Positions 22,839 through 34,101 are shown, numbered from the stretch's first letter. The stretch is 64,000 bases of DNA from Prochlorococcus sp. AG-388-E21 (GCA_003279855.1 QCGO01000005.1:31190-95189); one strand, 5' to 3'. The notes: generated by a model from the letters alone, not told the origin. Numbers and translations: made by a program.

Positions 22839-24083
22839 TTGGTAAGTACAATTTCTCGTAAGGACCAAAATAATAATGATGATTTAAATCAACCTTCAAA
22901 AGAAGGAAGATTTGGAAAATATGGAGGTCAATATGTCCCCGAAACACTAATGCCAGCTCTTTTTGAACTGGAGGAAGCAGCATCTAATGCATGGCAAGAT
23001 AAACAATTTGTTAATGAATTAAATCATTTACTGAAAACTTATGTAGGAAGAGAGACCCCATTATATGAAGCCAAAAGACTTACTGAACATTACCAAACAA
23101 AAACATCTACTAGCAGGATATGGCTTAAAAGAGAAGACCTAAATCATACTGGTGCTCACAAAATCAATAATGCTTTAGGGCAAGCTTTATTAGCTATAAG
23201 AATGGGTAAACAAAGAATAATTGCAGAAACAGGGGCAGGGCAACACGGAGTTGCTACTGCTACTGTATGTGCGAGATTTGGTTTGCAATGCATTATCTAC
23301 ATGGGAGCAGAAGATATAAAAAGACAATCATTAAATGTCTTTAGGATGAAACTTTTAGGCGCTGAAGTAAAAGTTGTTACTTCAGGTACTGCAACACTCA
23401 AAGACGCAACTAGTGAAGCAATCAGGGATTGGGTATCCAATGTAGAAACAACTCACTATATTTTGGGGTCAGTTGCGGGGCCACACCCATTCCCAATGAT
23501 CGTAAGAGATTTTCATGCTGTTATAGGAGAAGAAGCTAAAAAACAATGTCTAGAATCATTTGGATCTTTACCAGATATTTTGCTTGCTTGCGTAGGTGGA
23601 GGATCAAATGCAATGGGTCTTTTTCATACTTTCGTAAAAGAAAAATCAGTTCGACTTATTGGAGTTGAAGCGGCAGGAAGCGGAGTCAATACTGAAAAAC
23701 ATGCCGCTACTATTACTAAAGGATCCGTAGGAATTTTGCATGGGTCAATGAGTCTTCTTTTACAAGATAAGAATGGTCAAGTACAAGAAGCGCATTCTAT
23801 AAGCGCAGGTCTTGATTATCCTGGGGTAGGTCCTGAACATAGTTATTTAAAAGATATAGGAAGAGCAGAATATGGCTCTGTTACCGATGCAGAAGCTTTA
23901 GACGCTTTGAAACTAGTGAGTGAATTAGAAGGAATTATCCCTGCACTCGAAACAGCTCATGCCTTTGCATGGTTAGAAAAATTATGTCCTACCTTGGATA
24001 AAGATACTGAAATAGTAATTAATTGTTCTGGTAGAGGAGATAAGGATGTTAATACTGTCGCATCATCTTTGGATATTGAGTAA
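22839..24083 (+). CDS. trpB: Tryptophan synthase beta chain
   Basis: [39 protein letters not shown]. Confidence 0.98.
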   Translation: MVSTISRKDQNNNDDLNQPSKEGRFGKYGGQYVPETLMPALFELEEAASNAWQDKQFVNELNHLLKTYVGRETPLYEAKRLTEHYQTKTSTSRIWLKREDLNHTGAHKINNALGQALLAIRMGKQRIIAETGAGQHGVATATVCARFGLQCIIYMGAEDIKRQSLNVFRMKLLGAEVKVVTSGTATLKDATSEAIRDWVSNVETTHYILGSVAGPHPFPMIVRDFHAVIGEEAKKQCLESFGSLPDILLACVGGGSNAMGLFHTFVKEKSVRLIGVEAAGSGVNTEKHAATITKGSVGILHGSMSLLLQDKNGQVQEAHSISAGLDYPGVGPEHSYLKDIGRAEYGSVTDAEALDALKLVSELEGIIPALETAHAFAWLEKLCPTLDKDTEIVINCSGRGDKDVNTVASSLDIE

Positions 24084-24434
24084 CTAATATCTAGATATTG
24101 TTTGATCAATATACTGACTCCAACCATCTATACCTTCTTCAAGATTCCAAATCTCGTTTACGAGATTATTTTCTAATGCCCATTGTCCAAAATTATAACT
24201 TCTGATACCGGCATGACAAAGAACAACGAACTTTTTATCTTTTAGATCACTGATTTTTGTTTTTACATACTCAGCCGAAACCTTACTTATTGGTAAATGT
24301 AAAAATTCCCTAGGAAAACATGCAATTTCGAGTTCTGCATCCTCTCTAACATCAATAATAATAGGATTTTCATCTTCAGAATTAAACCATTCATTAAGAT
24401 CAAAAGCATTTAAAGTTTTCGGAGAATTTCCCAA
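24084..24434 (-). CDS. Single-domain rhodanese/sulfurtransferase
   Basis: IIDVRE, active-site CHAGIRS, NLEEGIDGW. Confidence 0.85.
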   Translation of the reverse strand: MGNSPKTLNAFDLNEWFNSEDENPIIIDVREDAELEIACFPREFLHLPISKVSAEYVKTKISDLKDKKFVVLCHAGIRSYNFGQWALENNLVNEIWNLEEGIDGWSQYIDQTISRY

Positions 24435-24500
24435 TTGTTAGAATTAAATATTTGTTATTAACAATTTTATAAGTAAGGTTGCAAGAACATGTTTATTGTT

Positions 24501-24524
24501 AAAAATAAAAATAAAAATAAAAAT
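24501..24524 (+). repeat. Hexanucleotide tandem repeat (AAAAAT)x4 ending at an ATG
   Basis: aaaaat aaaaat aaaaat aaaaat g at 24501-24525, read directly. Confidence 0.8.
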
Positions 24525-25992
24525 GAATATTAAATACTTAACTGTAATAATAATATTATTCTTATGTTTTAATTTTGGATTTGAAGAAACTTCTTATAGT
24601 TTAAATAAAGTAAGCCAAAATGATATTTCAGAATTAAAAATCTTGAAGTACTTACCGAAAGATAATAAAACATTATTCATTTCAAATACTAAAAGTTCAA
24701 AAATCACTAACGCCATAAGAACAAACTTTGAAACGAAAAATCAAGATGAGCTTATTTTAATAAAAAATAGTATATTGGCTTACTTAGGTTTAGATTTAGG
24801 TACTTACAAATTAGAAGATATTTATAATAATGAACTTGCAATAACTACCTACGATAATAAAGAAAAAGGTATAGACGATGCTTTAATAATCTTCAAAATT
24901 AAGGAAAAAAAAGATATAGATGATATTTTAAATCTTACCAATAAAATTGATGAACCTGATAAATTAATTAAAATATTTAGAGAAAATAAATTAAATTATT
25001 TAAAATATATTTATCGAACTAAAGATAATTATATTATTACTTCCTCTAATAAAAACTTAATAATTGGTGCATTACAATCAATTAATATTGATAAAAATAT
25101 CGGGAATGAATATATCTCTTTTAAAGAAGTATTGAAAAATTTTAAAAATGAACATAATATCTTTTTAACTAATAATTTCAAAACTAATGAATTATTAAAT
25201 AACACCACTTATCCTCTAGTAAAAGAGGACTATTTAGTAACTTTATTTAATTTTAAAGATACAGATCTTTTATTAAAATCTTATTTAGTACATAATAACC
25301 AGAGTTCGGATAACATATCTTATAAAAACATAGATAGAGTGAGTATTTTAGATAAAAAAAACTATCAAATAGCGATCTATAATAATTTATTAGATCCTGA
25401 TAAATATCTTGATAATATCGAAATAAATAGTTTTGAAAAAGAATTAATTAAAGAAATAAATAATAATTTAAAACAAAATCTACTATTCTTAAGTTCTGAT
25501 AATAATTGGCTTTTAATTTATGATAAGAATAAATTTTTAATTGAGAGAATAAAATTATTAGAAGATTTTAATAAAAATAGTTTAGAAAATAATAAAAATA
25601 TTTATACAATATATTCAAAAGATGTACTTAAAAAAGAAGAAAATAAAATAAAATACTTCGATTATAAAAAGATTTTTTTAGTTCAGACTGACAATCTAAA
25701 CTTTATTAGTAACACTTTGGTAAATGAAGCAGATATAGATTTAATTTCAGATGAGTTTTTTAGTTTAAAGGGTGATAGTCATGCTAAATATTTTCTGAAT
25801 AAAAAATTAAATCTCAGAAATCCTTACTCTATTCAAACTAAAAATTTCTCTTATTTAGAAAACATTAATTTCTTTTTTAAGAATATAATTAATTTATCAA
25901 TTATAGAATTTAAAGCAATAATCAAACAATCCATTCCAGAAACAGCTCCTTTTTATTATGCAGAAACTAATTTTAAAATATTTAATAATTAA
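24523..25992 (+). CDS. Hypothetical exported/membrane-anchored protein (possibly a divergent DUF3352-like family member)
   Basis: Long uninterrupted N/K/I-rich ORF with N-terminal hydrophobic stretch; ATG 24523 preferred over TTG 24496. Family guess is from position and KYLP motif only. Confidence 0.6.
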   Translation: MNIKYLTVIIILFLCFNFGFEETSYSLNKVSQNDISELKILKYLPKDNKTLFISNTKSSKITNAIRTNFETKNQDELILIKNSILAYLGLDLGTYKLEDIYNNELAITTYDNKEKGIDDALIIFKIKEKKDIDDILNLTNKIDEPDKLIKIFRENKLNYLKYIYRTKDNYIITSSNKNLIIGALQSINIDKNIGNEYISFKEVLKNFKNEHNIFLTNNFKTNELLNNTTYPLVKEDYLVTLFNFKDTDLLLKSYLVHNNQSSDNISYKNIDRVSILDKKNYQIAIYNNLLDPDKYLDNIEINSFEKELIKEINNNLKQNLLFLSSDNNWLLIYDKNKFLIERIKLLEDFNKNSLENNKNIYTIYSKDVLKKEENKIKYFDYKKIFLVQTDNLNFISNTLVNEADIDLISDEFFSLKGDSHAKYFLNKKLNLRNPYSIQTKNFSYLENINFFFKNIINLSIIEFKAIIKQSIPETAPFYYAETNFKIFNN

Positions 25993-26071
25993 ATTTGATT
26001 GATATCTTGTGGTTAACTAAAAATTATTTGACTATCTTAGACCTATAAACGATTTATATCACATTAAAATT

Positions 26072-27217
26072 TTGGATAAACATCAACTAATTTTAAAACC
26101 AGGATTAGAAGGTGTTCCAGTAACTAATTCATCAATATGTGATATTGATGGTCATAAAGGAAAATTATTATACAGAGGCTATTCAATTGAAGAATTAGCA
26201 CAGAAAAGTAGTTTCTTAGAGACTGCTTTTTTATTAATTTGGGGAGAATTACCTTCAGCAACAGAACTAAGAGACTTTGAACAAGAAGTACAGATGCATC
26301 GGAGATTAAGCTTTAGAGTAAGAGATATGATGAAATGCTTTCCTGCCACAGGGCATCCCATGGATGCTCTGCAGTCAAGTGCCGCCTCTCTTGGTCTTTT
26401 CTACTCAAGAAGAGCGATAGATGATCCCAAGTATATCTACAACGCAGTGATAAGACTAATTGCAAAAATTCCAACAATGATTGCTGCATTTCAACTCATA
26501 AGAAAAGGACAAGATCCTATTCAACCTAGGGATGATTTATCCTACTCATCAAATTTTCTTTACATGTTGACTGAGAAAGAGCAAGATCCCATAGCTGCAA
26601 AAGTTTTTGATAGATGCCTAATTCTTCATGCAGAACATAGCTTAAATGCGAGTACATTTAGCGCACGAGTTACAGCTAGCACGCTTACAGATCCATACGC
26701 GGTAATTGCCTCTGCAGTTGGAACATTAGCTGGTCCTCTTCATGGAGGAGCAAATGAAGATGTAATTGCCATGTTAGAGGATATTAAAACTCCTGAAAAA
26801 GCTGCTTCTTTTTTAGAAAATGCGATTCAAAACAAAAGTAAAATAATGGGTTTCGGACATCGAGAGTATAAAGTTAAAGATCCTCGAGCAATTATTCTTC
26901 AGAAATTAGCTGAGGAGCTTTTTATTAGGTTTGGAAAAGATGAAATGTATGAAGTTGCTAAAAAATTAGAGTTAGAGGCTATTCCAAGGCTAGGAGGAAA
27001 AGGCATTTTTCCAAACGTTGATTTCTATTCTGGCCTTGTTTACAGAAAACTTGGCATTCCCCGTGACTTATTTACTCCTATTTTTGCAATATCAAGAGTC
27101 GCAGGTTGGTTAGCTCATTGGAGGGAACAATTAGGAGCAAACAGAATTTTTAGACCATCTCAAATTTATACTGGATCGGCTCCAAGAGATTGGATTACTC
27201 TAGAAAATCGAAAATAA
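26072..27217 (+). CDS. gltA: Citrate synthase
   Basis: PGLEGV, LHAEHSLNASTF, GPLHGGANE, GFGHREY, PNVDFYSG. Confidence 0.97.
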   Translation: MDKHQLILKPGLEGVPVTNSSICDIDGHKGKLLYRGYSIEELAQKSSFLETAFLLIWGELPSATELRDFEQEVQMHRRLSFRVRDMMKCFPATGHPMDALQSSAASLGLFYSRRAIDDPKYIYNAVIRLIAKIPTMIAAFQLIRKGQDPIQPRDDLSYSSNFLYMLTEKEQDPIAAKVFDRCLILHAEHSLNASTFSARVTASTLTDPYAVIASAVGTLAGPLHGGANEDVIAMLEDIKTPEKAASFLENAIQNKSKIMGFGHREYKVKDPRAIILQKLAEELFIRFGKDEMYEVAKKLELEAIPRLGGKGIFPNVDFYSGLVYRKLGIPRDLFTPIFAISRVAGWLAHWREQLGANRIFRPSQIYTGSAPRDWITLENRK

Positions 27218-27292
27218 TATTTTCAGCTTTTCATAAAAATCACACATATTGTTTATGAAGAGTTAGTCTAAAGAATAAATAACAACAAAATT

Positions 27293-28411
27293 TTGAACTC
27301 CGGATTAGATCTCGAAAATAGTTTAAATGAATTTTTAAAAGGCTTTGGCCTCTCAAGTGAGCTTGCTCATATAATCTGGCTACCTTTACCAATGTTATTA
27401 GTATTAGTATCAGCAGTAGTTGGTGTATTAGTAACAGTTTGGTTAGAAAGAAAAATATCTGCTGCTGCCCAACAAAGAATAGGACCAGAATATGCAGGAG
27501 CTTTAGGAGTACTTCAACCAATTGCAGACGGTCTTAAATTACTTGTAAAAGAAGATATTATTCCTGCGAAAGCAGATTCAATTCTATTCACTGCTGGACC
27601 AATATTAGTATTAGTACCAGTAATTCTCTCCTGGTTAATTGTTCCCTTTGGCCAAAACTTACTTATTAGTAACGTTGGTATTGGAATTTTTCTTTGGATA
27701 GCACTAAGTAGTATTCAACCTATTGGACTTCTTATGAGTGGCTACGCTTCTAATAATAAATATTCACTATTAGGCGGCTTAAGAGCAGCTGCTCAATCTA
27801 TTAGCTATGAAATACCCCTAGCTTTATCCGTACTAGCTATTGTTTTGATGACAAATTCCCTTAGTACTGTTGATATTGTTAATCAACAAAGTGGAGCCGG
27901 AATATTAAGTTGGAATATATGGAGGCAACCTGTTGGATTCATAATTTTCTGGATATGTGCTCTTGCTGAATGCGAAAGGCTCCCATTTGATTTGCCAGAA
28001 GCTGAGGAAGAATTAGTAGCGGGTTATCAAACTGAATATGCTGGAATGAAATTTGCTTTATTTTATCTAGGCAGCTATATAAATTTAATCCTATCTGCAT
28101 TATTAGTATCCATACTTTATTTAGGAGGATGGGGATTTCCTATTCCTGTTGAGATAATTGCTAAAGTTCTAAATCTTCCAATTGATGCTCCTGTGATTCA
28201 AGTTTTCACAGCTTCTATAGGAATCATAATGACTGTTCTCAAAGCATATCTATTAGTTTTTGTTGCTATATTATTGCGCTGGACAACACCAAGGGTGAGA
28301 ATAGATCAACTTCTAGATTTAGGATGGAAATTCCTTTTACCCATTTCTCTTGCTAATCTACTTGTGACAGCAGGACTAAAATTAGCTCTTCCTCAATTTT
28401 TTGGTGGATAA
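27293..28411 (+). CDS. ndhA: NDH-1 subunit 1
   Basis: [40 protein letters not shown]. Confidence 0.97.
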   Translation: MNSGLDLENSLNEFLKGFGLSSELAHIIWLPLPMLLVLVSAVVGVLVTVWLERKISAAAQQRIGPEYAGALGVLQPIADGLKLLVKEDIIPAKADSILFTAGPILVLVPVILSWLIVPFGQNLLISNVGIGIFLWIALSSIQPIGLLMSGYASNNKYSLLGGLRAAAQSISYEIPLALSVLAIVLMTNSLSTVDIVNQQSGAGILSWNIWRQPVGFIIFWICALAECERLPFDLPEAEEELVAGYQTEYAGMKFALFYLGSYINLILSALLVSILYLGGWGFPIPVEIIAKVLNLPIDAPVIQVFTASIGIIMTVLKAYLLVFVAILLRWTTPRVRIDQLLDLGWKFLLPISLANLLVTAGLKLALPQFFGG

Positions 28412-28480
28412 TGTTTAAGTACATATACTTAAACATTAATTAAATCCACTAGAATAAAATAACTTGGTAGATTCTTTAAA

Positions 28481-29107
28481 ATGAAAGATTTTCTTCAAAA
28501 AGTAAATAGTTACGTTAAAGAAGCCTTCAGTGCTGGTAAATATTTATATGATGGATTTTCTGTAACTTTTGATCATCTCCGAAGAAGACCAGTTACTGTT
28601 CAATACCCTTACGAGAAGTTAATTCCTTCTGAAAGATATAGAGGAAGAATCCATTATGAATTTGATAAATGTATAGCCTGTGAAGTTTGCGTACGCGTTT
28701 GTCCGATAAATCTACCAGTAGTGGACTGGGTTATGAATAAGGAAACTAAGAAAAAGGAACTAAGAAATTACTCTATAGATTTCGGAGTCTGTATTTTTTG
28801 CGGGAATTGTGTTGAATATTGTCCAACAAATTGCTTATCTATGACTGAAGAGTATGAATTAGCTACATTCGATAGACATAATTTAAATTTTGACAATATA
28901 GCATTAGGTAGACTTCCAACGAACGTTACAACTGATCCATCTGTAAAACCTCTAAGAGAACTTGCATATTTACCTAAAGGAGTTATGGATCCTCACGAAG
29001 TTGCTCCTTCTGATGTTCGCGTTGGTAAACTACCACAAGAAGTTTATGATTGGATGAAGCCAGAAATGAATGATATTAAAAATCCCACTGTCAAACAAAA
29101 CAAATAG
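28481..29107 (+). CDS. ndhI: NDH-1 subunit I
   Basis: Two 4Fe-4S motifs [12 protein letters not shown] and [12 protein letters not shown]. Confidence 0.97.
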   Translation: MKDFLQKVNSYVKEAFSAGKYLYDGFSVTFDHLRRRPVTVQYPYEKLIPSERYRGRIHYEFDKCIACEVCVRVCPINLPVVDWVMNKETKKKELRNYSIDFGVCIFCGNCVEYCPTNCLSMTEEYELATFDRHNLNFDNIALGRLPTNVTTDPSVKPLRELAYLPKGVMDPHEVAPSDVRVGKLPQEVYDWMKPEMNDIKNPTVKQNK

Positions 29108-29120
29108 CTTTAAATAATAC

Positions 29121-29720
29121 ATGTCTATAGCAGTCACAACCCAAATAATTTGTTTTTCAGTGTTGTCTTTAGTTGTGATAATTGGAGCACTAGGAGTTAT
29201 CCTGCTTGAAAATATTGTTTACTCTGCATTTTTGCTTGGTGGGGTCTTCATGAGTGTTGCAGGCTTATATCTGCTATTAAACGCAAGTTTTGTTGCTGCA
29301 GCTCAAGTTTTAGTTTATGTAGGGGCAGTTAATGTTCTGATAATTTTTGCAATAATGTTAGTTAATAAAAAAGAAGATTTAAGGCCTATTGCAAATATTA
29401 AATCAAGAAGAATTATATCAACATCAATTTGTTTAACTCTTCTAAGTCTACTGATAAGGGTTGATTTATCCAATACTTGGGGTTTAGCAGAACCTAATGC
29501 ATCTATAGGCGAAGAATCTACAATAAGAATTGGAGAACACTTATTTAGTGATTATTTGCTCCCTTTTGAGGTGGCATCTGTCTTACTTTTAATGGCCATG
29601 ATTGGGGCAATTGTTTTGGCTAGAAGAGATGTTATGAATAAAGATATTGCAACAGGATTACCGGTAGATCAAGAGCTAATAGAGAAACCAAATGAACCTT
29701 TGCTAATAAAAAAAAATTAA
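29121..29720 (+). CDS. ndhG: NDH-1 subunit 6
   Basis: [31 protein letters not shown]. Confidence 0.95.
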   Translation: MSIAVTTQIICFSVLSLVVIIGALGVILLENIVYSAFLLGGVFMSVAGLYLLLNASFVAAAQVLVYVGAVNVLIIFAIMLVNKKEDLRPIANIKSRRIISTSICLTLLSLLIRVDLSNTWGLAEPNASIGEESTIRIGEHLFSDYLLPFEVASVLLLMAMIGAIVLARRDVMNKDIATGLPVDQELIEKPNEPLLIKKN

Positions 29721-29721
29721 T

Positions 29722-30042
29722 ATGAATTTAGAATCCATCCCACTTCAAGCTTTTTTAATTGTTTCCTCAATATTATTTTGTATTGGTATTTGGGGATTAT
29801 TAAATAGCAGAAATGCAGTAAGAGTATTGATGAGTATAGAGTTAATGTTGAATGCAGTTAACATAAATTTGATGGCCTTCTCTTCTTATGTGGATAATAA
29901 CCTAATTCAAGGACAGGTTTTTACAATTTTTGTTATCACAGTTGCAGCAGCGGAAGCAGCTGTAGGCTTAGCTATATTGTTGTCTCTTTATAGAAATAGA
30001 GTAACTGTGGATATGGAAAGTTTTAATTTATTAAAGTGGTAA
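29722..30042 (+). CDS. ndhE: NDH-1 subunit 4L
   Basis: [23 protein letters not shown]. Confidence 0.96.
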   Translation: MNLESIPLQAFLIVSSILFCIGIWGLLNSRNAVRVLMSIELMLNAVNINLMAFSSYVDNNLIQGQVFTIFVITVAAAEAAVGLAILLSLYRNRVTVDMESFNLLKW

Positions 30043-30052
30043 AAAGCATCAA

Positions 30053-30967
30053 GTGAAACTTTCATTTGTGCTTATTATTTATCGTTCTAACAGCTCAAGT
30101 GCTAAAAAAGCATCCATATTTTGTAACAAGGCTCTCAAAGATAGAAATATTAAATCAAACAGCCTCGAAAGTAATTTTGATAACAATCAACTAGAAAGCT
30201 ATTTTTGCAAACTTACTGCTTTACCCGATGTAGTCATTGTTCTTGGTGGGGATGGAACTGTTCTTAAATCTGCGAATGCATTAGTTAACTATGATATTCC
30301 TATACTTAGTTTTAATATTGGCGGTAATTTAGGATTTCTGACTCAAGAAAAAGATTTTTTATTTGACAAATCATTTATCAAAATTTTAGAAAAAGAAGAA
30401 TTCATAATTGATTTTAGAAACAGATTACATTGTGACGTTTATAGTAACGAAAAGCAGAGAGAGAAAAAAGTACTCAAAAGCTATGATGCATTAAATGATT
30501 TTTATTTTAAATCTGTTGAAGAAGATATTTCTCCAACCAATCAAATTGAAATCGAAATAGATAATGAGAAAGTAAATGAATATAAAGGTGATGGTTTAAT
30601 TATTTCTTCCTCAACTGGTTCCACTGCATACTCTATGGCAGCAGGAGGTCCAATAGTACACCCCTCAATAAATGCATTAGTAATTAATCCAATATGTCCT
30701 ATGAGCTTAGCCAGCCGGCCAATTATTATTCCTGATACAAGTAAAGTAATAATAAGGGTTGTTAAAAAGAATAAAGGAAAAATAAAACTTTGGAAAGATG
30801 GAGCAAAATGTATGACTATAAGAGAAAATGATTATTGTGAAATTAATAAAGTAGCAAAGCCCTGTAAAATGATTAAATTTAATAAAAGCATTTCATATTA
30901 CATCACATTAATCAAGAAGCTTGATTGGAAAGGAGATTTATCCTTAAAAAATAATCAAAATAATTAG
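30053..30967 (+). CDS. ppnK: NAD+ kinase
   Basis: [40 protein letters not shown]. Confidence 0.94.
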   Translation: MKLSFVLIIYRSNSSSAKKASIFCNKALKDRNIKSNSLESNFDNNQLESYFCKLTALPDVVIVLGGDGTVLKSANALVNYDIPILSFNIGGNLGFLTQEKDFLFDKSFIKILEKEEFIIDFRNRLHCDVYSNEKQREKKVLKSYDALNDFYFKSVEEDISPTNQIEIEIDNEKVNEYKGDGLIISSSTGSTAYSMAAGGPIVHPSINALVINPICPMSLASRPIIIPDTSKVIIRVVKKNKGKIKLWKDGAKCMTIRENDYCEINKVAKPCKMIKFNKSISYYITLIKKLDWKGDLSLKNNQNN

Positions 30968-31450
30968 ATGACATTAGAAATTGAAAGGCGATTTCTTATT
31001 AAAAATGATCAATGGAAAGAATTTGTAACTCATAAAACCTTTATAGAGCAAGGCTATCTTTCCTATGATTTGGAAGATTGGATAATAAGAATCAGATTTA
31101 ACGGCAAAAACTTTAAAATTGCACTTAAAAAACATATCAAAAATTTCACTAATTATGAATATGAATACTCAATACCAAATAGTGAAGGTGAAAAAATCAT
31201 GGCAACTCTTACCAATAGAATTAAAAAAGAAAGATTTTTTTTAGAAGTTGCTCAAAAAGTATGGATTATTGATTGCTTTAAAGACAAAAATTTCCCTTTA
31301 GAAATTGCCGAAATTGAGCTTACTGAAGAAAAAGAGAAAGTTATTCTTCCATCTTTCTTAGCAAAAGAAATTACTGGTCTAACTAGATATACCAATCTTA
31401 ATCTGACAAAACATCCCTTTTCAAAATGGGAGACAAAAATTAAAAAATGA
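30968..31450 (+). CDS. CYTH-domain protein (class IV adenylate cyclase/triphosphatase family)
   Basis: EIERRFL (ExExK/R motif), EQGYL, IRIR, IAEIEL. Confidence 0.88.
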   Translation: MTLEIERRFLIKNDQWKEFVTHKTFIEQGYLSYDLEDWIIRIRFNGKNFKIALKKHIKNFTNYEYEYSIPNSEGEKIMATLTNRIKKERFFLEVAQKVWIIDCFKDKNFPLEIAEIELTEEKEKVILPSFLAKEITGLTRYTNLNLTKHPFSKWETKIKK

Positions 31451-31544
31451 TAAAAAATAATTACACATGAAATTACCCTTGAAGCTCTCTTTTCCTTTAT
31501 ATTTTTTTTATATTTGTATTATACTTCTTACTATTTATTTTGAT

Positions 31545-31730
31545 ATGTATGGAATTTATGACGGAGATGGTGTATTAAGATTTTTGAACTCTGATAGAGA
31601 AGCATGTATTGATTATGCAAAACTTTTTGAACTGAATTCAGCACATTATTATTTAATGGATTTAATAGTCAGTTTCGATACAGAAGCTAATATTAATCTT
31701 GATCTGAATCAGGCAGAGAGCAACAATTAA
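31545..31730 (+). CDS. Small hypothetical protein (61 aa from ATG 31545)
   Basis: MYGIYDGDGVLRFLNSDREACIDYAKLFEL looks protein-like; the 26 upstream codons from 31467 look like low-complexity intergenic sequence. Confidence 0.5.
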   Translation: MYGIYDGDGVLRFLNSDREACIDYAKLFELNSAHYYLMDLIVSFDTEANINLDLNQAESNN

Positions 31731-31971
31731 ATCCATCTCTACAGATTTTTCCATGATCCATTGCCCAGTTTAATAGTGCTACTCTATTTTTGGAGCCTGT
31801 CTTGGTAAACATATTACTTACATGATTATCAACAGTTCTTTTACTAATAGTAAGCTTCACAGCAATTTCTTGATTTGTAAGCCCATCAGCTACTAGATCT
31901 ATGATTTCCATCTCTCTAGATGAGAGACCCATCATATCAATGTCGTTAACACCTTCTTCAACCATTTGCAT
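31693..31971 (-). CDS. pedR: Stand-alone LuxR-type redox regulator (PedR-like)
   Basis: LSSREMEII..GLTNQEIA..ISKRTVDNH HTH plus C-terminal ICRDGFNCC cysteines. Confidence 0.82.
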   Translation of the reverse strand: MQMVEEGVNDIDMMGLSSREMEIIDLVADGLTNQEIAVKLTISKRTVDNHVSNMFTKTGSKNRVALLNWAMDHGKICRDGFNCCSLPDSDQD

Positions 31972-32048
31972 TTAAACAGTTCCTTTTATATATTAATTGA
32001 GTTTAGCAGTAACAGTAAACTTCTTAACCAAGTAAGGAAAAAAAGCAA

Positions 32049-32939
32049 TTGAAATCAAAACTTCAGCAAACTTTAGAAAAAAATTCAAAAGTAATTACAG
32101 CAGAATTAATGCCGCCAAGAGGTGGAGACCCCATAAGATCTCTTAAAATAGCACAACTTCTCAAAAATAAGGTTCATGCTGTTAATGTTACAGACGGAAG
32201 TAGAGCAATAATGAGGATGTGCAGTTTAGCAATGTCTAAACTACTACTGGAAAATGGCATAGAACCTATAATGCAAATCTCATGCAGAGATCGTAATAAA
32301 ATCGCTTTACAATCAGATATTCTTGGAGCAAATGCCTTAGGTATTAAAAATATCTTATGTATTACAGGAGATTCTGTCAAAGCTGGTGATCAGCATGAAA
32401 CAAAAGCAGTTTATGAATTTGAGGCAGTGCGATTATTAAAACAAATTCAATCATTCAATCAAGGAATTGATCCTACTTTTGAACAACTTCCAGACAAAAG
32501 CACTAAGATCTTTTCAGGTGCTGCAGTAGATCCAAGTTGTCGAAATCAAAGAAGTTTAAAAAGTAGAACAATAAAAAAAAAGGAGGCTGGAGCAAATTTC
32601 TTACAAACTCAAATAGTTATGGATAAAAAATGTTTAGAAGACTTTTGTAACGAAATCAGCAATCCACTTGAGATACCAGTTATTGCAGGAGTATTTCTTT
32701 TAAAATCATATAAAAATGCCCTTTTCATAAATAAATTTGTACCTGGAGCGCATATTCCTGAAAATATTTTAAATCGTCTAAAAGATGCCAAAAATCCACT
32801 TCAAGAAGGAATATTAATTGCTTCAGAGCAAGCTAAAGATTTTATTAATGTTGCAGCGGGGATTCATCTTATGGCAGTCAAATCAGAACATCTTATCCCA
32901 GAGATACTTGAAAAAGCTGGACTCAATCTGGAATGTTAA
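32049..32939 (+). CDS. metF: 5,10-methylenetetrahydrofolate reductase
   Basis: TAELMPP, VNVTD, CRDRNKIALQS, ILCITGD, FLQTQ. Confidence 0.92.
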   Translation: MKSKLQQTLEKNSKVITAELMPPRGGDPIRSLKIAQLLKNKVHAVNVTDGSRAIMRMCSLAMSKLLLENGIEPIMQISCRDRNKIALQSDILGANALGIKNILCITGDSVKAGDQHETKAVYEFEAVRLLKQIQSFNQGIDPTFEQLPDKSTKIFSGAAVDPSCRNQRSLKSRTIKKKEAGANFLQTQIVMDKKCLEDFCNEISNPLEIPVIAGVFLLKSYKNALFINKFVPGAHIPENILNRLKDAKNPLQEGILIASEQAKDFINVAAGIHLMAVKSEHLIPEILEKAGLNLEC

Positions 32940-34101
32940 TCAAATCAGTTCCTAGTAATTCTGCCATAGCTTTTTGTTGAGGTGATGGTTCAGTTAAATC
33001 TAATCTTCTTGAGTCTGTTATTAACCAATCCAAAGAAGCATCTTTCAAATCAAAATGGTCTCCATTTTTTCCAACACAATATCGACCAAATACTAATTTA
33101 TCGACAAGTTGCACTCCTTTTCCAATTTTTGAATAATCAAAGATTATAGAATTATCTATAGTTGCACCCTCACAAATGCAACAACTTGGTCCAATCATAG
33201 AGGGGCCAATAATAGTTGCACCATCTTCTATTCTTGTCATCCCTCCAATATAAACGGGTCCTTTTATATTAACTTTATCCCAATTTGCAGCAACATTAAG
33301 ACCCGTAAAGACTCCAGGCTTAATTTCTTTTCCAGGAATTTCCACTTGCCTTACTTTACCTAATAAAACATTTCTAATCGCAGTCCAGTAATCAGGAACT
33401 TTTCCAATATCTACCCACTCAAAATCCATCGGCAAAGCAAAAAATGGCAAATCCATTTCAACAAGCTTAGGAAATAGATCAGCTCCTATATCAAATTTAT
33501 CTCCTGATGGAATATAGTTAAAAATCTCTGGCTCAAAAAGATAAATTCCAGTATTAATTGAATCACTCAAAGCATCATCTATATCCGGTTTTTCTTGAAA
33601 AGCTTTAATTCGCCCATTTTCATCAGATACTACAACTCCATAACTAGATACCTGTTCTCTAGTTACCTTTTTTGTTATTAGGCTTGCTATCGCGCCTTTT
33701 TTCTTATGATTTTTAACGGCTTCAGTCAAATCTAAATCAACTAAGGCGTCGCCGCACAATACAACAAAAGTTTCATCAAAAAAGTTCTGAAAATCTTGAA
33801 TTTTTTTTAATCCTCCAGCCGAACCTAAAGCATCACCAATCATTTCTCCATCTTCAATTCTTCCTTCAAAACTGTAGGCTATCTCAACACCAAATCTTTG
33901 CCCGTCCCTAAAATAGTTTTCAATTTCCTCTGCAAGATGAGAAACATTTACCATTATTTCTTTAAAACCATGCTCTTTTAAAAGTTCCAAGAGGAATTCC
34001 ATCACGGGTTTTTGCAAAATAGGAATCATTGGTTTAGGAATAATATGCGTTATTGGCTGAATGCGAGTTCCTTTACCTGCTGCAAGTATCATTGCCTTCA
34101 T
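32923..34101 (-). CDS. cugP: NDP-sugar pyrophosphorylase, cyanobacterial CugP-type (UDP-glucose pyrophosphorylase)
   Basis: ILAAGKGTR..PKPMIPI, GSAGG, FQEKP, C-terminal left-handed beta-helix; resembles Synechocystis Sll1558 as I recall it. Confidence 0.72.
   Translation of the reverse strand: MKAMILAAGKGTRIQPITHIIPKPMIPILQKPVMEFLLELLKEHGFKEIMVNVSHLAEEIENYFRDGQRFGVEIAYSFEGRIEDGEMIGDALGSAGGLKKIQDFQNFFDETFVVLCGDALVDLDLTEAVKNHKKKGAIASLITKKVTREQVSSYGVVVSDENGRIKAFQEKPDIDDALSDSINTGIYLFEPEIFNYIPSGDKFDIGADLFPKLVEMDLPFFALPMDFEWVDIGKVPDYWTAIRNVLLGKVRQVEIPGKEIKPGVFTGLNVAANWDKVNIKGPVYIGGMTRIEDGATIIGPSMIGPSCCICEGATIDNSIIFDYSKIGKGVQLVDKLVFGRYCVGKNGDHFDLKDASLDWLITDSRRLDLTEPSPQQKAMAELLGTDLINIPD

Noticed and set aside
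25993-26071. Apparent absence of a gene (sixA, as I recall from other picocyanobacteria) upstream of gltA
   Set aside because: Rests on remembered synteny I cannot verify; no remnant is visible in the 79-bp gap.
26179-27521. ORFs 26179-26361 and 27240-27521
   Set aside because: Nested in or overlapping gltA and ndhA; no protein-like features.
31467-31544. Hydrophobic 26-aa N-terminal extension of the 87-aa ORF
   Set aside because: Encoded by T-rich intergenic-like sequence; ATG 31545 gives a more plausible protein.
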